DNA of 64,000 bases from assembly GCA_964016885.1 (NCBI GenBank), contig OZ024750.1, positions 16,120,001 to 16,184,000 on the forward strand. Direction: 5' to 3'. Positions 43,205 to 61,389 of the stretch are shown one piece after another. The notes beneath the pieces are model-generated. The model was not told the origin of the DNA and ran no database searches. It saw nothing but the letters and a program-made list of their open reading frames with translations. Position 1 is the first letter of the stretch; the number at the start of each line of letters is the position of its first letter. The position numbers and the translations under genes were made by a program. Source of the stretch: Eledone cirrhosa. Lineage: Eukaryota.

Positions 43205-44095
43205 ATACATATATATATATATAATACATATATATTATATAATACATATATATATATATAATACATATATATATATATAATACATATATATATATATAAT
43301 ACATATATATATATATAATACATATATATATATATAATACATATATATATATAATACATATATATATAATAATACATATATATATATATAATACATATAT
43401 ATATATATAATACATATATATATATATAATACATATATATATATATAATACATATATATATATATAATATATATATATATATAATACATATATATATATA
43501 TATAATACATATATATATATATATAATACAAATACATATATATATATAATACATATATATATATATATAATACATATATATATATATAATACATATATAT
43601 ATATATAATACATATATATATATATAATACATATATATATATATAATACATATATATATATATAATACATATATATATATATAATACATATATATATATA
43701 TAATACATATATATATATATAATACATATATATATATATAATACATATATATATATATAATACATATATATATATATAATACATATATATATATATAATA
43801 CATATATATATATATAATACATATATATATATATAATACATATATATATATATAATACATATATATATATATATAATACATATATATATATATAATACAT
43901 ATATATATATATAATACATATATATATATATAATACATATATATATATATAATACATATATATATATAATACATATATATATATAATACATATATATATA
44001 TATAATACATATATATATATATATAATATATATATATATATATAATACATATATATATATATATAATATATATATATATAATATATATATATATA

Positions 44096-44146
<51 letters not shown>

Positions 44147-44175
44147 TATATAATATATATATATAATATATATAT

Positions 44176-44206
<31 letters not shown>

Positions 44207-44290
44207 ATATATATATATATATATAATATATATATATATATATAATATATATATATATATATAATATATATATATATATATAATATATAT

Positions 44291-44322
<32 letters not shown>

Positions 44323-44440
44323 ATATATATATATATATATAATATATATATATATATATAATATATATATATAATATATATATATATATATAATATATAT
44401 ATATATATAATATATATATATATATATAATATTTATATAT

Positions 44441-44497
<57 letters not shown>

Positions 44498-44504
44498 ATA
44501 ATAT

Positions 44505-44539
<35 letters not shown>

Positions 44540-44734
44540 ATATATATATATATATAATATATATATATAATATATATATATATAATATATATATATATAA
44601 TATATATATATATATAATATATATATATATATAATACATATACATATATATATATATAATACATATATATATATATAATATATATATATATAATAAATAT
44701 ATATATATATAATACATATATATATATATAATAC

Positions 44735-44765
<31 letters not shown>

Positions 44766-46662
44766 ATACATATATATATATATATAATACATATATATAT
44801 ATATATATAATACATATATATATATATAATACATATATATATATATAATACATATATATATATATATATATAATAATACATATATATATATAATAATACA
44901 TATATATATATATATATATATAATACATATATATATATATATATATATAATACATATATATATATAATAAATATATATATATATATAATAAATATATATA
45001 TATATAATAAATATATATATATATATATAATAAATATATATATATATATAATACATATATATATATATAATACATATATATATATATAATACATATATAT
45101 ATATATAATACATATATATATATAATAAATATATATATATAATACATATATATATATATATATAATACATATATATATATATAATACATATATATATATA
45201 TATAATACATATATATATATATATAATACATATATATATATATATAATACATATATATATATATATAATACATATATATATATATATAATACATATATAT
45301 ATATATATAATACATATATATATATATATAATACATATATATATATATATAATACATATAATATATAATACATATATATATATATAATACATATATATAT
45401 ATATATATAATACATATATATATATAATACATATATATATATATATAATACATATATATATATAATACATATATATATATATATAATACATATATATATA
45501 TATATAATACATATATATATATATATAATACATATATATATATATATATAATACATATATATATATATATATAATACATATATATATATATATATAATAC
45601 ATATATATATATATATAATACATATATATATATATATATAATACATATATATATATATATAATACATATATATATATATATAATACATATATATATATAT
45701 ATAATACATATATATATATATATAATACATATATATATATATATAATACATATATAAATATATAATACATATATATATATATATAATACATATATAAATA
45801 TATAATACATATATAAATATATAATACATATATATATATATATAATACATATATATATATAATACATATATATATATATATAATACATATATATATATAT
45901 AATACATATATATATAATACATATATATATAATACATATATAAACATATATAAACATACATATATATATATACATATATAAACATACATATATATATACA
46001 AATATAAACATACATATATATACATATATAAACATACATATATATATATATACATATATATATATACATATATAACATACATATATATATATACATATAT
46101 AAACATACATATATATATATACAAACATACATATATATATATACAAACATACATATATATATATATAAACATACATATATATATATATACATATATAAAC
46201 ATACATATATATATATACATATATAAACATACATATATATATATACATATATAAACATACATATATATATATACATATATAAACATACATATATATATAT
46301 ACATATATAAACATACATATATATATACATATATAACATACATATATATATATACATATATAAACATATATATATATACATATATAAACATACATATATA
46401 TATACATATATAAACATACATATATATATACATATATAAACATACATATATATATACATATATAAACATACATATATATATACATATATAAACATACATA
46501 TACATATATATAATATATATATATATATGTTTATATACATATAATGGTTTCTACTTTTGGCACAAGGCCAGCAATTACCCAGTGCATTACTGTACTTTAT
46601 TTTATCGACCCGTAAGGATGAAAGGCAAAGTCAACCTCGGCGGGATTTGAACTTGTATGTAT

Positions 46663-46709
<47 letters not shown>

Positions 46710-47455
46710 TATATGTATGTTATATATATATATGTTTATATATATATGTATGTTTATATATATATATGTTTATATATATATATATAATATATATATATAT
46801 TTATAGATATATATATATATAATATATATATGTATGTTTATATATATATATGTTTATATATATATATATATAATATATATATATATTTATAGATATATCA
46901 TATATATATATAAACACGCACACTATATATATGATTTTTACTCTCTCTCTCTATATATATATATATGTATATATAAACACATATATAAACACACACACAT
47001 ATATATAGACACATAAACATATATATGCACATAAATAGCTATATAAACATATATATACACATATATAGCTATATAAACATATATATAGTGTGAGATAGTG
47101 ATACTCATTCATTACGTATTCTAATTACAAAAATATAATAGGTGAAATAGGATTAGACAAAATTCTGACTACATCTATATAAAAATATCGAGAATATCTC
47201 AAAATATATTTGCATTGTAACAATATATTAATAATAGTAATTTATAGATACGTATATTATATAAATGGTGTGCACAGAGTGAGAGAGAAGGAGAGAGAGT
47301 GAAATCATCGGTGATATCAGGGGAGGGGGTTACCACAGTAAATAAGGTGCTCAATACAGTAGTAGAGTAAAAAGAACAACATTTAATATAGAAATGGCTT
47401 CTACAAGACAAGAACGGTTTCATTCGTATGAAATCATAAGGAATGCTCTGAGGAT

Positions 47456-47655
47456 NNNNNNNNNNNNNNNNNNNNNNNNNNNNNNNNNNNNNNNNNNNNN
47501 NNNNNNNNNNNNNNNNNNNNNNNNNNNNNNNNNNNNNNNNNNNNNNNNNNNNNNNNNNNNNNNNNNNNNNNNNNNNNNNNNNNNNNNNNNNNNNNNNNNN
47601 NNNNNNNNNNNNNNNNNNNNNNNNNNNNNNNNNNNNNNNNNNNNNNNNNNNNNNN
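47456..47655. other. Assembly gap (200 N)
   Basis: Run of N. Confidence 1.
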
Positions 47656-48158
47656 TATATATACTGCATATAATATATATAGAATACATATATATATATA
47701 TAGATACATATATATATATATAATACATAGATATATATATAAATACATATATAATTATATATATACTATATAATAATATATTTGATATATATAATAGATA
47801 TAATACATACATAGTATAATAGATAATCTATATATATATATATAATACATATATATTATATAATACATATATATATATAGATAATACATATATAGATATA
47901 TATATACTATATATATATATATAATACATATATATATATATAATACATATATATATATATAATACAATATATAATATATATAAAATACATATATATATAT
48001 ATAATACATATATATATATAATACATATATATATATATCTAATACATATATATATATCAATACAGTAATATATATATATATACATAAATATATATATAAT
48101 ACATATGATATATATAATACATATATATATATATAATACATATATATATATATAATAC

Positions 48159-48191
<33 letters not shown>

Positions 48192-48342
48192 ATACATATA
48201 TATATATACATACATATATATATATAATACATATATATATATATAATACATATAATATATATAATACATATATATATATATATAATACATATATATATAA
48301 TACATATATATATATATAATACATATATATATATATAATACA

Positions 48343-48374
<32 letters not shown>

Positions 48375-48564
48375 ATACATATATATATATATTAATACAT
48401 ATATATATATATAATACATATATATATATATAATATATATTATATAGATATATATAATATATATATAATATAATATATATATAATATAAATATATATATA
48501 TATATAATAATATATATATATATATATATATAATATATATATATATATATAATATATAAATAAT

Positions 48565-48615
<51 letters not shown>

Positions 48616-48676
48616 TAATACATATATATATATAATACTATAATATATATAGAATATATATATATATATATAATAA

Positions 48677-48714
<38 letters not shown>

Positions 48715-49564
48715 CATATTATATATATAATAATACATATATATATATAGTATTACATATATATATATATAATACATATATATATATATATATAATACAT
48801 ATATATATATATAATAATACTATATATATATATAATACATATATATATATATAATACATATATATATATATAATACATATATATATATATATAATACATA
48901 TATATATATATATTATATATATATAATAATACATATATATATATATATAATACATATATATATATATATAATACATATATATATATATATATAATATATA
49001 TATACATATATATATATATAATACATATATATATATATAATACATATATATATATATATAATATATATATAAATATATATATATATATAATACATAAATA
49101 TATATATATATATATAACATATATATATATATAATACATATATATATATATATAATACATATATATATATATATAATACATATATATATATATAATACTT
49201 ATATACATATATATAATACATATATATATATATATATAATACATATATGTATATATATATAATACATATATATATATATATATAATACATATATATATTA
49301 TATATAATACATATATATATATATATAATACATATATATATATATATATAATACATATATATATTATATATATAATACTTATATATATATATATATATAT
49401 ATATAATACTATATATATATATATAATACATATAATATATATATATAATACATATATTATAGTATATATATAATACATATATATATATATATATAATACA
49501 TATATATATATATATATAATACATATATATATATATAATAATATAAATATCAATATATAATACA

Positions 49565-49602
<38 letters not shown>

Positions 49603-50261
49603 ATACATATATATATATATATATAATACATATATATATATATATAATACATATATAATATATATATAATATATATAATACATATATATATATATATAAT
49701 ACATATATATATATATATATAATACATATATATATATATATATAATACATATATATATATATATATATAATACATATATATATATATAATACATATATTA
49801 TATATAATATATATAATACATATATATATAATATAATACATATATATATATATATAATAAATATATATATATATAATACATATATATATATATACATATA
49901 TATATATAATACATATATATATATATACATATATATATAATACATATATATACATATATATATATATAATACATATATATATATAATACATATATATATA
50001 TATAATACATATATATAATACATATATATTATAATAATATATATATATAATACATATTATATATATATAATAAATATATATATATATAATACATATATAT
50101 ATAATACATATATATATAATACATATAATATATAATACATATATATATATAATACATATATATATATAATCTATATAATATAATACATATATATATATAT
50201 ATAATACATATATATATATATATACATATATTATATATATATACATATATATATATAATAC

Positions 50262-50294
<33 letters not shown>

Positions 50295-50959
50295 ATACAT
50301 ATATATATAATACATATATATATATATACAGATATATATATAATACATATATATATATATAATACATTATATATATATACATATATATATATAAATACAT
50401 TATATATATAATACATATATATATATAATACATATATATATATAATACATATATATATACATATAATACATATATATATATATAATACATATATATATAT
50501 AATACATATATATATATATAATACATATATATATATATAATACATATATATATATATAATACATATATTTATATATATATATATATATATACATATATAT
50601 ATAATACATATATATATATATAATACATATATATATATATAATACATATATATATATATAATACATATATATAATATATAATACATATATATATATATAA
50701 TACATATATATATATATAATACATATATATAATACTATATTACATTATATATATATTAATATACATATATATATATAATACATATATATATATAATACAT
50801 ATAATATATATATATAATATATATATATATATAATACATATATATATATATATAATATATATATATATAATATATATATATATAATATATATATATATAA
50901 TAATATATATATATATATATTATATATATATAATATATATATATATATATAATATATAT

Positions 50960-50991
<32 letters not shown>

Positions 50992-50993
50992 AT

Positions 50994-51052
<59 letters not shown>

Positions 51053-51081
51053 TATATATATAATATATATATATATAATAT

Positions 51082-51113
<32 letters not shown>

Positions 51114-51196
51114 ATATATATATATATATAATAATATATATATATATATAATATATATATATATATATAATATATATATATATATATAATATATAT

Positions 51197-51286
<90 letters not shown>

Positions 51287-51297
51287 ATATATATTAT

Positions 51298-51329
<32 letters not shown>

Positions 51330-51344
51330 ATATATAATATATAT

Positions 51345-51395
<51 letters not shown>

Positions 51396-51527
51396 TATAT
51401 ATAATATATATATATATAATATATATATATATATAATATATATATATATAATATATATATATATATAATACATATATAATATATATATATAATACATAAT
51501 ATATATATAATACATATATATATAATA

Positions 51528-51559
<32 letters not shown>

Positions 51560-52637
51560 ATACATATATATATATATAATACTATATATATATATATAAT
51601 ACATAATATATATATATAATACATATATATATATATATATATAATACATATATATATATATATAAATACATATATATATATAATAAATATATATATATAT
51701 ATAATACTACATATATATATATAATAATACATATATATATATATAAATATTATATATATATATAATATATATATATATATAATACATATATATATATAAT
51801 ATAATAAATAATATATATATATATAATAAATATATATATATATATAATAAATATAAATATATATATAATAAATATATATATATATATAATACATATATAT
51901 ATATATAATACATATATATATATATAATACATATATTATATATAATAAATATATATATATAATACATATATATATATATATAATACATATATATATATAT
52001 AATACATATATATATAATATAATACATATATATATATATAATACATATATATATATATAATACATATATATATATATATAATACATATATATATAATATA
52101 TAATACATATATATATATATAATACATATATATATATATAATACATATATATATATATATAATACATATATATATAATACATATATATATATATATAACA
52201 TATATATATATATATAATACATATATATATATATAATACATATATATATATATATAATACATAATATATATATATAATACATATATATATATAATACATA
52301 TATATATATATATAATACTATATAATATATATATATAATACATATATATATATATATAATACATATATATATATATATAATACATATATATATATATATA
52401 TAATACATATATATATATAATACATATATATATATATATAATACATATATATATATATAATACATATATATATATATAATACATATATATATATATATAA
52501 TACATATATATAATATATAATACATATATATATATATATAATACATATATATATATATATATAATACATATATATATATATATATAATACATATATATAT
52601 ATATATAATACATATATATATATATATATAATACATA

Positions 52638-52673
<36 letters not shown>

Positions 52674-52678
52674 ATACA

Positions 52679-52714
<36 letters not shown>

Positions 52715-53686
52715 ATACATATATATATATATATAATACATATATAAATATATAATACATATATATATATATATAATACATATATAAATATATAATACAT
52801 ATATAAATATATAATACATATATATATATATATATATATAATACATATATATATATAATACATATATATATATATATAATACATATATATATATATATAA
52901 TACATATATATATAATACATATATATATAATACATATATAAACATATATAAACATACATATATATATATACATATATAAACATACATATATATATATACA
53001 AATATAAACATACATATATATACATATATAAACATACATATATATATATATACATATATATATATACATATATAAACATACATATATATATACATATATA
53101 AACATACATATATATATATATAAACATACATATATATATATACAAACATACATATATATATATACAAACATACATATATATATATATAAACATACATATA
53201 TATATATATACATATATAAACATACATATATATATATACATATATAAACATACATATATATATATACATATATAAACATACATATATATATATACATATA
53301 TAAACATACATATATATATACATATATAAACATACATATATATATATACATATATAAACATACATATATATATATACATATATAAACATATATATATATA
53401 CATATATAAACATACATATATATATACATATATAAACATACATATATATATACATATATAAACATACATATATATATACATATATAAACATACATATATA
53501 TATACATATATAAACATACATATACATATATATAATATATATATATATATGTTTATATACATATAATGGTTTCTACTTTTGGCACAAGGCCAGCAATTAC
53601 CCAGTGCATTACTGGTACTTTATTTTATCGACCCCGTAAGGATGAAAGGCAAAGTCAACCTCGGCGGGATTTGAACTTGTATGTAT

Positions 53687-53738
<52 letters not shown>

Positions 53739-53967
53739 TGTATGTTTATATATATATATGTTTATATATATATGTATGTTTATATATATATATGTTTATA
53801 TATATATATATAATATATATATATATTTATAGATATATATATATATAATATATATATGTATGTTTATATATATATATGTTTATATATATATATATATAAT
53901 ATATATATATATTTACTAGATATATCATATATATATATAAACACGCACACTATATATATGATTTTTA

Positions 53968-54002
<35 letters not shown>

Positions 54003-54474
54003 TATATAAACACATATATAAACACACACACATATATATAGACACATAAACATATATATACACATAAATAGCTATATAAACATATATATACACATATATA
54101 GCTATATAAACATATATATAGTGTGAGATAGTGATACTCATTCATTACGTATTCTAATTACAAAAATATAATAGGTGAAATAGGATTAGACAAAATTCTG
54201 ACTACATCTATATAAAAATATCGAGAATATCTCAAAATATATTTGCATTGTAACAATATATTAATAATAGTAATTTATAGATACGTATATTTATATAAAT
54301 GGTGTGCACAGAGTGAGAGAGAAGGAGAGAGAGTGAAATCATCGGTGATATCAGGGGAGGGGGTTACCACAGTAAATAAGGTGCTCAATACAGTAGTAGA
54401 GTAAAAAGAACAACATTTAATATAGAAATGGCTTCTACAAGACAAGAACGGTTTCATTCGTATGAAATCATAAG

Positions 54475-54530
54475 GAATGCTCTGAGGATTTCATACGAAT
54501 GAAACAGTTCTAGCCCTGTAGAAGCCATTT
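54475..54530 (+). ncRNA. Hammerhead motif (family B, CUGAGGA core)
   Basis: CUGAGGA-UUUCAUACGAAU-GAAA-CAG UUCUAGCC CUG-UA-GAAGCC, with a weak stem I. Confidence 0.5.
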
Positions 54531-56506
54531 CTTTATATACATACATAATATTAGGTCGTTCGTAAGTATGTATAATTAATAAAGACCTTAATGTGAAACC
54601 TCAGTTTGTTTTCTATATACATATATATATTTATACATATAATATATATGTATATATATATTTATACATATATATATATGTATATATTATATATATATAT
54701 ATACATATATATATATGTATATATTATATATATATATATACATATATATATATGTATATATTTATACATATATATACATATATATATTTATACATATATA
54801 TACATATATATATTTATACATATATATACATATATATATTTATACATATATATACATATATATATTTATACATATATATACATATATATATTTATACATA
54901 TATATACATATATATATTTATACATATATATACATATATATATTTATACATATATATACATATATATATTTATACATATATATACATATATATATTTATA
55001 CATATATATATGTATATATTATATATATATACATACATATATATATTTATACATATATATATACATATACACATATTTATACATATATGTATATATTATA
55101 TATATACATACATACATATATATATTTATACATATATATATACATATACACATATTTATACATATATGTATATATTATATATATACATATACACATATAT
55201 ATTTATACATATATATATGTATATATTATATACATATATACATATACACACATTTATACATATATGTATATATATACATATACACATACATATTTATACA
55301 TATATATGTATATATTATATACATATATACATATACACACATGCACATATTTATACATATATATATTATATACATATATACACACATATTTATACATATA
55401 TATATGTATATATTATATACATATACACATATATTTATACATATATATATGTATATATATATACATACACACATATATATATTTATATATATGTATATAT
55501 ATATATATACATACACACATATATATATTTATATATATGTATATATATATATATACATACACATATTTATACATATATATATATGTATATATTATATATA
55601 TATATACATACACATATTTATACATATATATATGTATATATTATATATATATTTATACATATATACATTCTCACATATATATATTTATACATATATATAT
55701 CTATATATATATACATTCTCACATATATATATTTATACATATATATATCTATATATTATATATATATATACATACATACTCATATATATTTATACATATA
55801 TACATCTATATATTATATATATATATACATACATACTCATATATATTTATACATGTATGTATATATTATATACATATATATATGTATATACTATATATAC
55901 ATACATACACACATATTTATACATATATATATATTATATATACATACACATATATTTATACATATATATATGTATATATTATATATACATTCACACATAT
56001 TTATACATATATATATGTATATATTATATATATACATACACATATTTATACATATATATATATGTATATATTATATATATATATATAGACATACACATAT
56101 ATATATACATACACATTATATATATATATATAGACATACACATATATATATACATACACATATATTTATACATATATATATGTATATATTATATATATAT
56201 ATACATATATATATGTATATATTATATATATATATACATATATATATGTATATATTATATATATATATACATATATATATGTATATATTATATATATATA
56301 TACATACACATATTTATACATATATATATGTATATATTATATATATATATACATACACATATATATATGTATATATTATATATATGTATATATATACACA
56401 TATTTATACATATATATATGTATATATTATATATATATATACATACACATATATATATGTATATATTATATATATGTATATATATATATATACATACACA
56501 TATATA

Positions 56507-56541
<35 letters not shown>

Positions 56542-57142
56542 CATACACATATATATGTATATATTATATATATATATATATACATACATATATTTATACA
56601 TATATATATGTATATATTATATATATATACATACATATTTTATACATATATATATGTATATATTATATATATATACATACACATTTATACATATATGTAT
56701 ATATTATATATATATACATACACATTTATACATATATATATGTATATATATATATATACATACATACACATTTATACATATATATATGTATATATATATA
56801 TATACATACATACACATATTTATACATATATATATGTATATATTATATATATATACATACATATATTTATACATATATATATATGTATATATTATATATA
56901 TATACATACATATATTTATACATATATATATATGTATATATTATATATATATATACATACATACAATTATACATATATATATATATGTATATATTATATA
57001 TATATATACATATATATATATATGTATAATTGTATGTATGTATATATATATAATATATACATATATATATATATGTATAATTGTATGTATGTATATATTA
57101 TATATATATATACATACATACAATTATACATATATATATATA

Positions 57143-57184
<42 letters not shown>

Positions 57185-57231
57185 ATATTATATATATATA
57201 TACATACATACACACATATATATGTATATAT

Positions 57232-57262
<31 letters not shown>

Positions 57263-57302
57263 GTATAATTGTATGTATGTATATATTATATATATATATA
57301 CA

Positions 57303-57333
<31 letters not shown>

Positions 57334-57565
57334 TTATACACATATATATGTATATATATATATATACATACATACATACATACACACATATTTATACATA
57401 TATATATGTATATATTATATATATATATATACATACATACATACACACATATTTATGTATATATTATATATATACATACACACACACATTATATATATAT
57501 ATATATATATATACATACATACACACATATTTATGTATATATTATATATATACATACACACACAC

Positions 57566-57634
<69 letters not shown>

Positions 57635-58673
57635 GTGTGTGTGTATATATATATATATATTATATGGTGTGTATAGTACATAAATGTTTTTACAATGGTA
57701 TGAATTGTTTAATGGAATATCTGGGTAAAAATACTAACAGATGTGTATAACTGGAAGAGGAAGCAGAGGGGGAAATAGAGATGTAGATAGATAGAGAGGG
57801 GACAGATAGAGAGCGAGGTATAAAAAGGGAGTTAAAGGGAACAGAGAGAGCCCAAGAGCTAGAAATGGATGAATAGAGATGTTAAAGTGTGGGGGGGGGG
57901 ATATAGAGAGGCTGGTGGGCATAAAAACATGAGAAAGGGATGGATGGACTGGAGACACTGCGAGAAAGTGAATGGGAGAATTAGAATGGACAGAGATAGA
58001 CAAACATTCACACAGATGAGAAAACGAGAGAGACAAAGATCGCTAGCTAGAGAAACATAGAGAGAAAGTAAGACAAAGAGATTAGATAGAGAAAGGTAAA
58101 AATATGGAGATAGATTGAGAGAAAGATATGCAGAGAGTGTGTGTGTGTGAAACAGACGAGAACAGAGAGGGAGGGCGAGACTCACACAGATAGGCAGAAA
58201 GAGAAAAAGACACACATACAGACTGACACCGTGAGGGAGAAAGTGACAGAGACACACACGCCGAGAGAGAGAGAAATCGGAGAGAGATTACACTCAGTGG
58301 GAGAGAGAGAAAGAGAGACTCAAAGAGAGATGCACACACTGAGAAATAGAGAGAGAGAGACTCAAAGAGAGATGCACACACTGAGAGCGAAAGAAAAATA
58401 CACGCACATATTTATATATAAAGAAATATAGACTGCTAGAAAGAGAGAGAGAAGGCTGCAAACATGAAGGGAGAAATGAAAGTGTTGTATGAAACATGAA
58501 ATAAGATGGCAGGACTTAGTTAAGACATCATCAACAAAATATATGTGTTTGTGTGTGTATGTATATATAGAGAGATAGATAGATAGATAGATTAGACATA
58601 AATTAGATAGATGGGGAATTATACTGTCTTCTTTTGATTCAATAATAAATAATAATAAATGATTATTTTTCTT

Positions 58674-58682
58674 GCTTACCTG
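58674..58682 (-). promoter_or_regulatory. 5' splice donor CAG|GTAAGC (phase 0) ending the PDE3 exon
   Basis: Plus strand gcttacctg is the reverse complement of CAGGTAAGC. The sequence turns AT-rich and repetitive immediately afterwards. Confidence 0.85.
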
Positions 58683-59525
58683 AGGTTTTTGTATCAATGC
58701 GGGTAGAGAGGTTCGTCTGATAGATTTATGAGCAGAAAACCCATGAGCGCTGGAACTACTCCGGCGTCGTTTGATGACAGGAATCTTGCCATCTTGCGTC
58801 ATATTGTTGTTTATAGTAGTTTTAAATACGGTCTCCAAATATTTAGATACGACGATACCACAAAATCCACAGGAATAGGCGACGAACGGTCGTAGACTCT
58901 GGGGTAGGTCAACGAGGGAGGTGCAAGCTAGAAAACGTGTAAAGCTTACCAACAGTATCACACCAGCGCTCTGTAAGGTTTCCAAAGAGGAAAATAAACT
59001 GGCAAAACTGATTGATATTAGCACAGCCAACACAACAGTCGGTTGCATTATATACATGGACGACACATCGTCATGATCTCCGGCTGCTATAACTGTGTTC
59101 TTACGGACCAACATAACTTGGGCCGCTATTTCTCCCACATAACACGAAGAGAACAGCAGATACAGACTGGTGTTACTCCAACTCTTTCGAAATACTAATG
59201 AAAGCCAATAAAATGCATTTACGATACAAAACATGGGTACTATGAGACTGCATAATCGGTAAAATAACTGCCCGATATCGCATTGTAAAACTTGGTACAC
59301 ACACATCACTGTCAATATTAGTCCCACACCATATACAACACGCACCTGCTGGGCGCTTAAATTCGAGCCGCTTAATCCCACCCAATTCAGAAGGAAGCCG
59401 TAATTACTTTGTTCCATGGGCTTCACAAGCAATTGGATGTAACCATTATTTTCTGACTCCTCCTCATCGTTTTCGGACTCATTCTTAGAGCCCCGTCTCG
59501 ACACAGACGAGCGGTGCATAGCCAT
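58680..59525 (-). CDS. PDE3: First coding exon of a cGMP-inhibited 3',5'-cyclic phosphodiesterase (PDE3A/B-like), N-terminal membrane region
   Basis: 282-codon non-repetitive ORF from ATG 59525, with an in-frame TAG upstream at 59558-59556. It has several hydrophobic TM-like segments and ends KRRRSSSSAHGFSAHKSIRRTSLPALIQKPQ, matching my recollection of vertebrate PDE3A KRRRRSSS...RRTSLPCIPREQ. It stops at a CAG|GTAAG donor. Confidence 0.85.
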
Positions 59526-59555
59526 TTTCTTTCCCAAAACACTCGCTGCCTGCTC

Positions 59556-59594
59556 CTACCTAGCGGGAATGATGGGATATCCGAATGGTCGCAT
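59556..59594 (-). promoter_or_regulatory. Candidate uORF MRPFGYPIIPAR*, in frame with the PDE3 CDS
   Basis: ATG at 59594 and TAG at 59558-59556. The ATG lies 69 nt upstream of the main ATG in the same frame. Confidence 0.4.
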
Positions 59595-59737
59595 AACGTG
59601 AGAAAATCACGATAGCTGTCTACTGAAGTATGGAAGGCTAAACGTAGTATAAAAATGTATAGGCTGCTTTTGAAGTGTTAGCATCGAAAGAAGCAAATTA
59701 TAGATGTGTGCGTGCGTATATATAAACATAACATACA

Positions 59738-59796
<59 letters not shown>

Positions 59797-59968
59797 AGAG
59801 AGAGAGAGAGGAAGAGAGAGTCTGTGTGAGGGAGAGACGTATATAAAAACAATAGCGAAATGTATGCATGGAGATTTATTAACATAATGGTTTATACCAG
59901 CCAACGAACAGCGATTATTCTCCTTTTTAGTTTCTGTGTATTATGGTGTCACGTCAGATTACAGGAAT

Positions 59969-60016
<48 letters not shown>

Positions 60017-60028
60017 TATACACACACA

Positions 60029-60064
<36 letters not shown>

Positions 60065-60082
60065 CACAAACATACACACACG

Positions 60083-60131
<49 letters not shown>

Positions 60132-60199
60132 TGTAATAATAAGTAATAAATAAAGACTAAAATCCGAAGACAGCAGCTCTATAAGGATTATATATATAT

Positions 60200-60236
<37 letters not shown>

Positions 60237-60363
60237 CGTTATTCCGGGTTGAATCGGAGGTAACCACAGTAAGTAAGGTACTCAATACATAGCTGAGTAT
60301 AAAAGTTTTAATATAGATGAGATTCTACAGGACTAGAACTGTTTCATTCTTTAGAAATCATCA

Positions 60364-60412
60364 GGATTCCTGATGATTTCTAAAGAATGAAACAGTTCTA
60401 GTCCTGTAGAAT

Positions 60413-60414
<2 letters not shown>
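60364..60414 (+). ncRNA. Type I hammerhead ribozyme motif (family B, complete)
   Basis: GGAUUC-CUGAUGA-UUUC UAAA GAAU-GAAA-CAG UUCUAGUC CUG-UA-GAAUCU, GUA triplet. A mirror copy lies on the minus strand at about 60320-60370. Confidence 0.75.
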
Positions 60415-60460
<46 letters not shown>

Positions 60461-60633
60461 AAAATGGAACGGGAACAAAACAGAGAGGCAGTACAAACAA
60501 AGGTTTATTAGTTTCACGCTCTTGAGGGGCGGGGGGGGGGGTATGTAAGTATGTATGTATGCATACATGCATATATATTATATATATGTACACGCACACA
60601 CACATACACATATATATAAATATATATATTTAT

Positions 60634-60729
<96 letters not shown>

Positions 60730-60946
60730 ATGTATGTGTATATATGCGTATGAGTGCGAATGCTTATTTAATTGGTTTGTAGAGTCAATACGTTTGTTAT
60801 CACCAGTGATGGCGGTTTACTTCGAAGTTTCGCCGATGTTGATGGCTTATAATGTCACACATACATACACATACACAAATACACAACATGCACATACACA
60901 CACGTACACACACTCACACATATACATACACACACACACACACACG

Positions 60947-61011
<65 letters not shown>

Positions 61012-61389
61012 TCTCTCTCTCTCTCTCACACACGCACATACACACACAATTACATATATAGTAGATTAGATGATTTGCTAATACAATCATTTATTTGAAA
61101 GAAACGTTCGTAGGTCTATTAAATTATATAATTAAACCCTGGTTATTTTATTCATTTTTTATTCATTATATATATATATATGTGTGTATATATATATATA
61201 TTTGTTCTCCTTCAGCCTTTGAATCACTATGTTTCTCTAAATATAGTTTTTAAAGAATCCCCTTTCTTTAAATCTATCAACCAATGACCTCTATCCATCC
61301 CAATTATCACCCTCTCCAATCACCTGAAAATGTATAAATACCGCCATATTACATTAACAGTCGGCTTCCTGATGATTTCTACCGAATGT

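Larger units (their letters stand above)
40718..57660. repeat. Large [AATACAT(AT)n] and related satellite block
   Basis: Directly visible. Contains a duplicated island and the gap. Confidence 0.95.

Noticed and set aside
40672-57750. Very long Tyr/Ile/Cys/Met-rich ORFs (up to 1101 aa), also at 10979-13708, 21081-22100 and 33123-39462
   Set aside because: They are translations of (TA)n-derived satellites that lack stop codons by composition.
58362-58679. C-terminal part of the 391-aa ORF
   Set aside because: Read-through past the splice donor into low-complexity intron.
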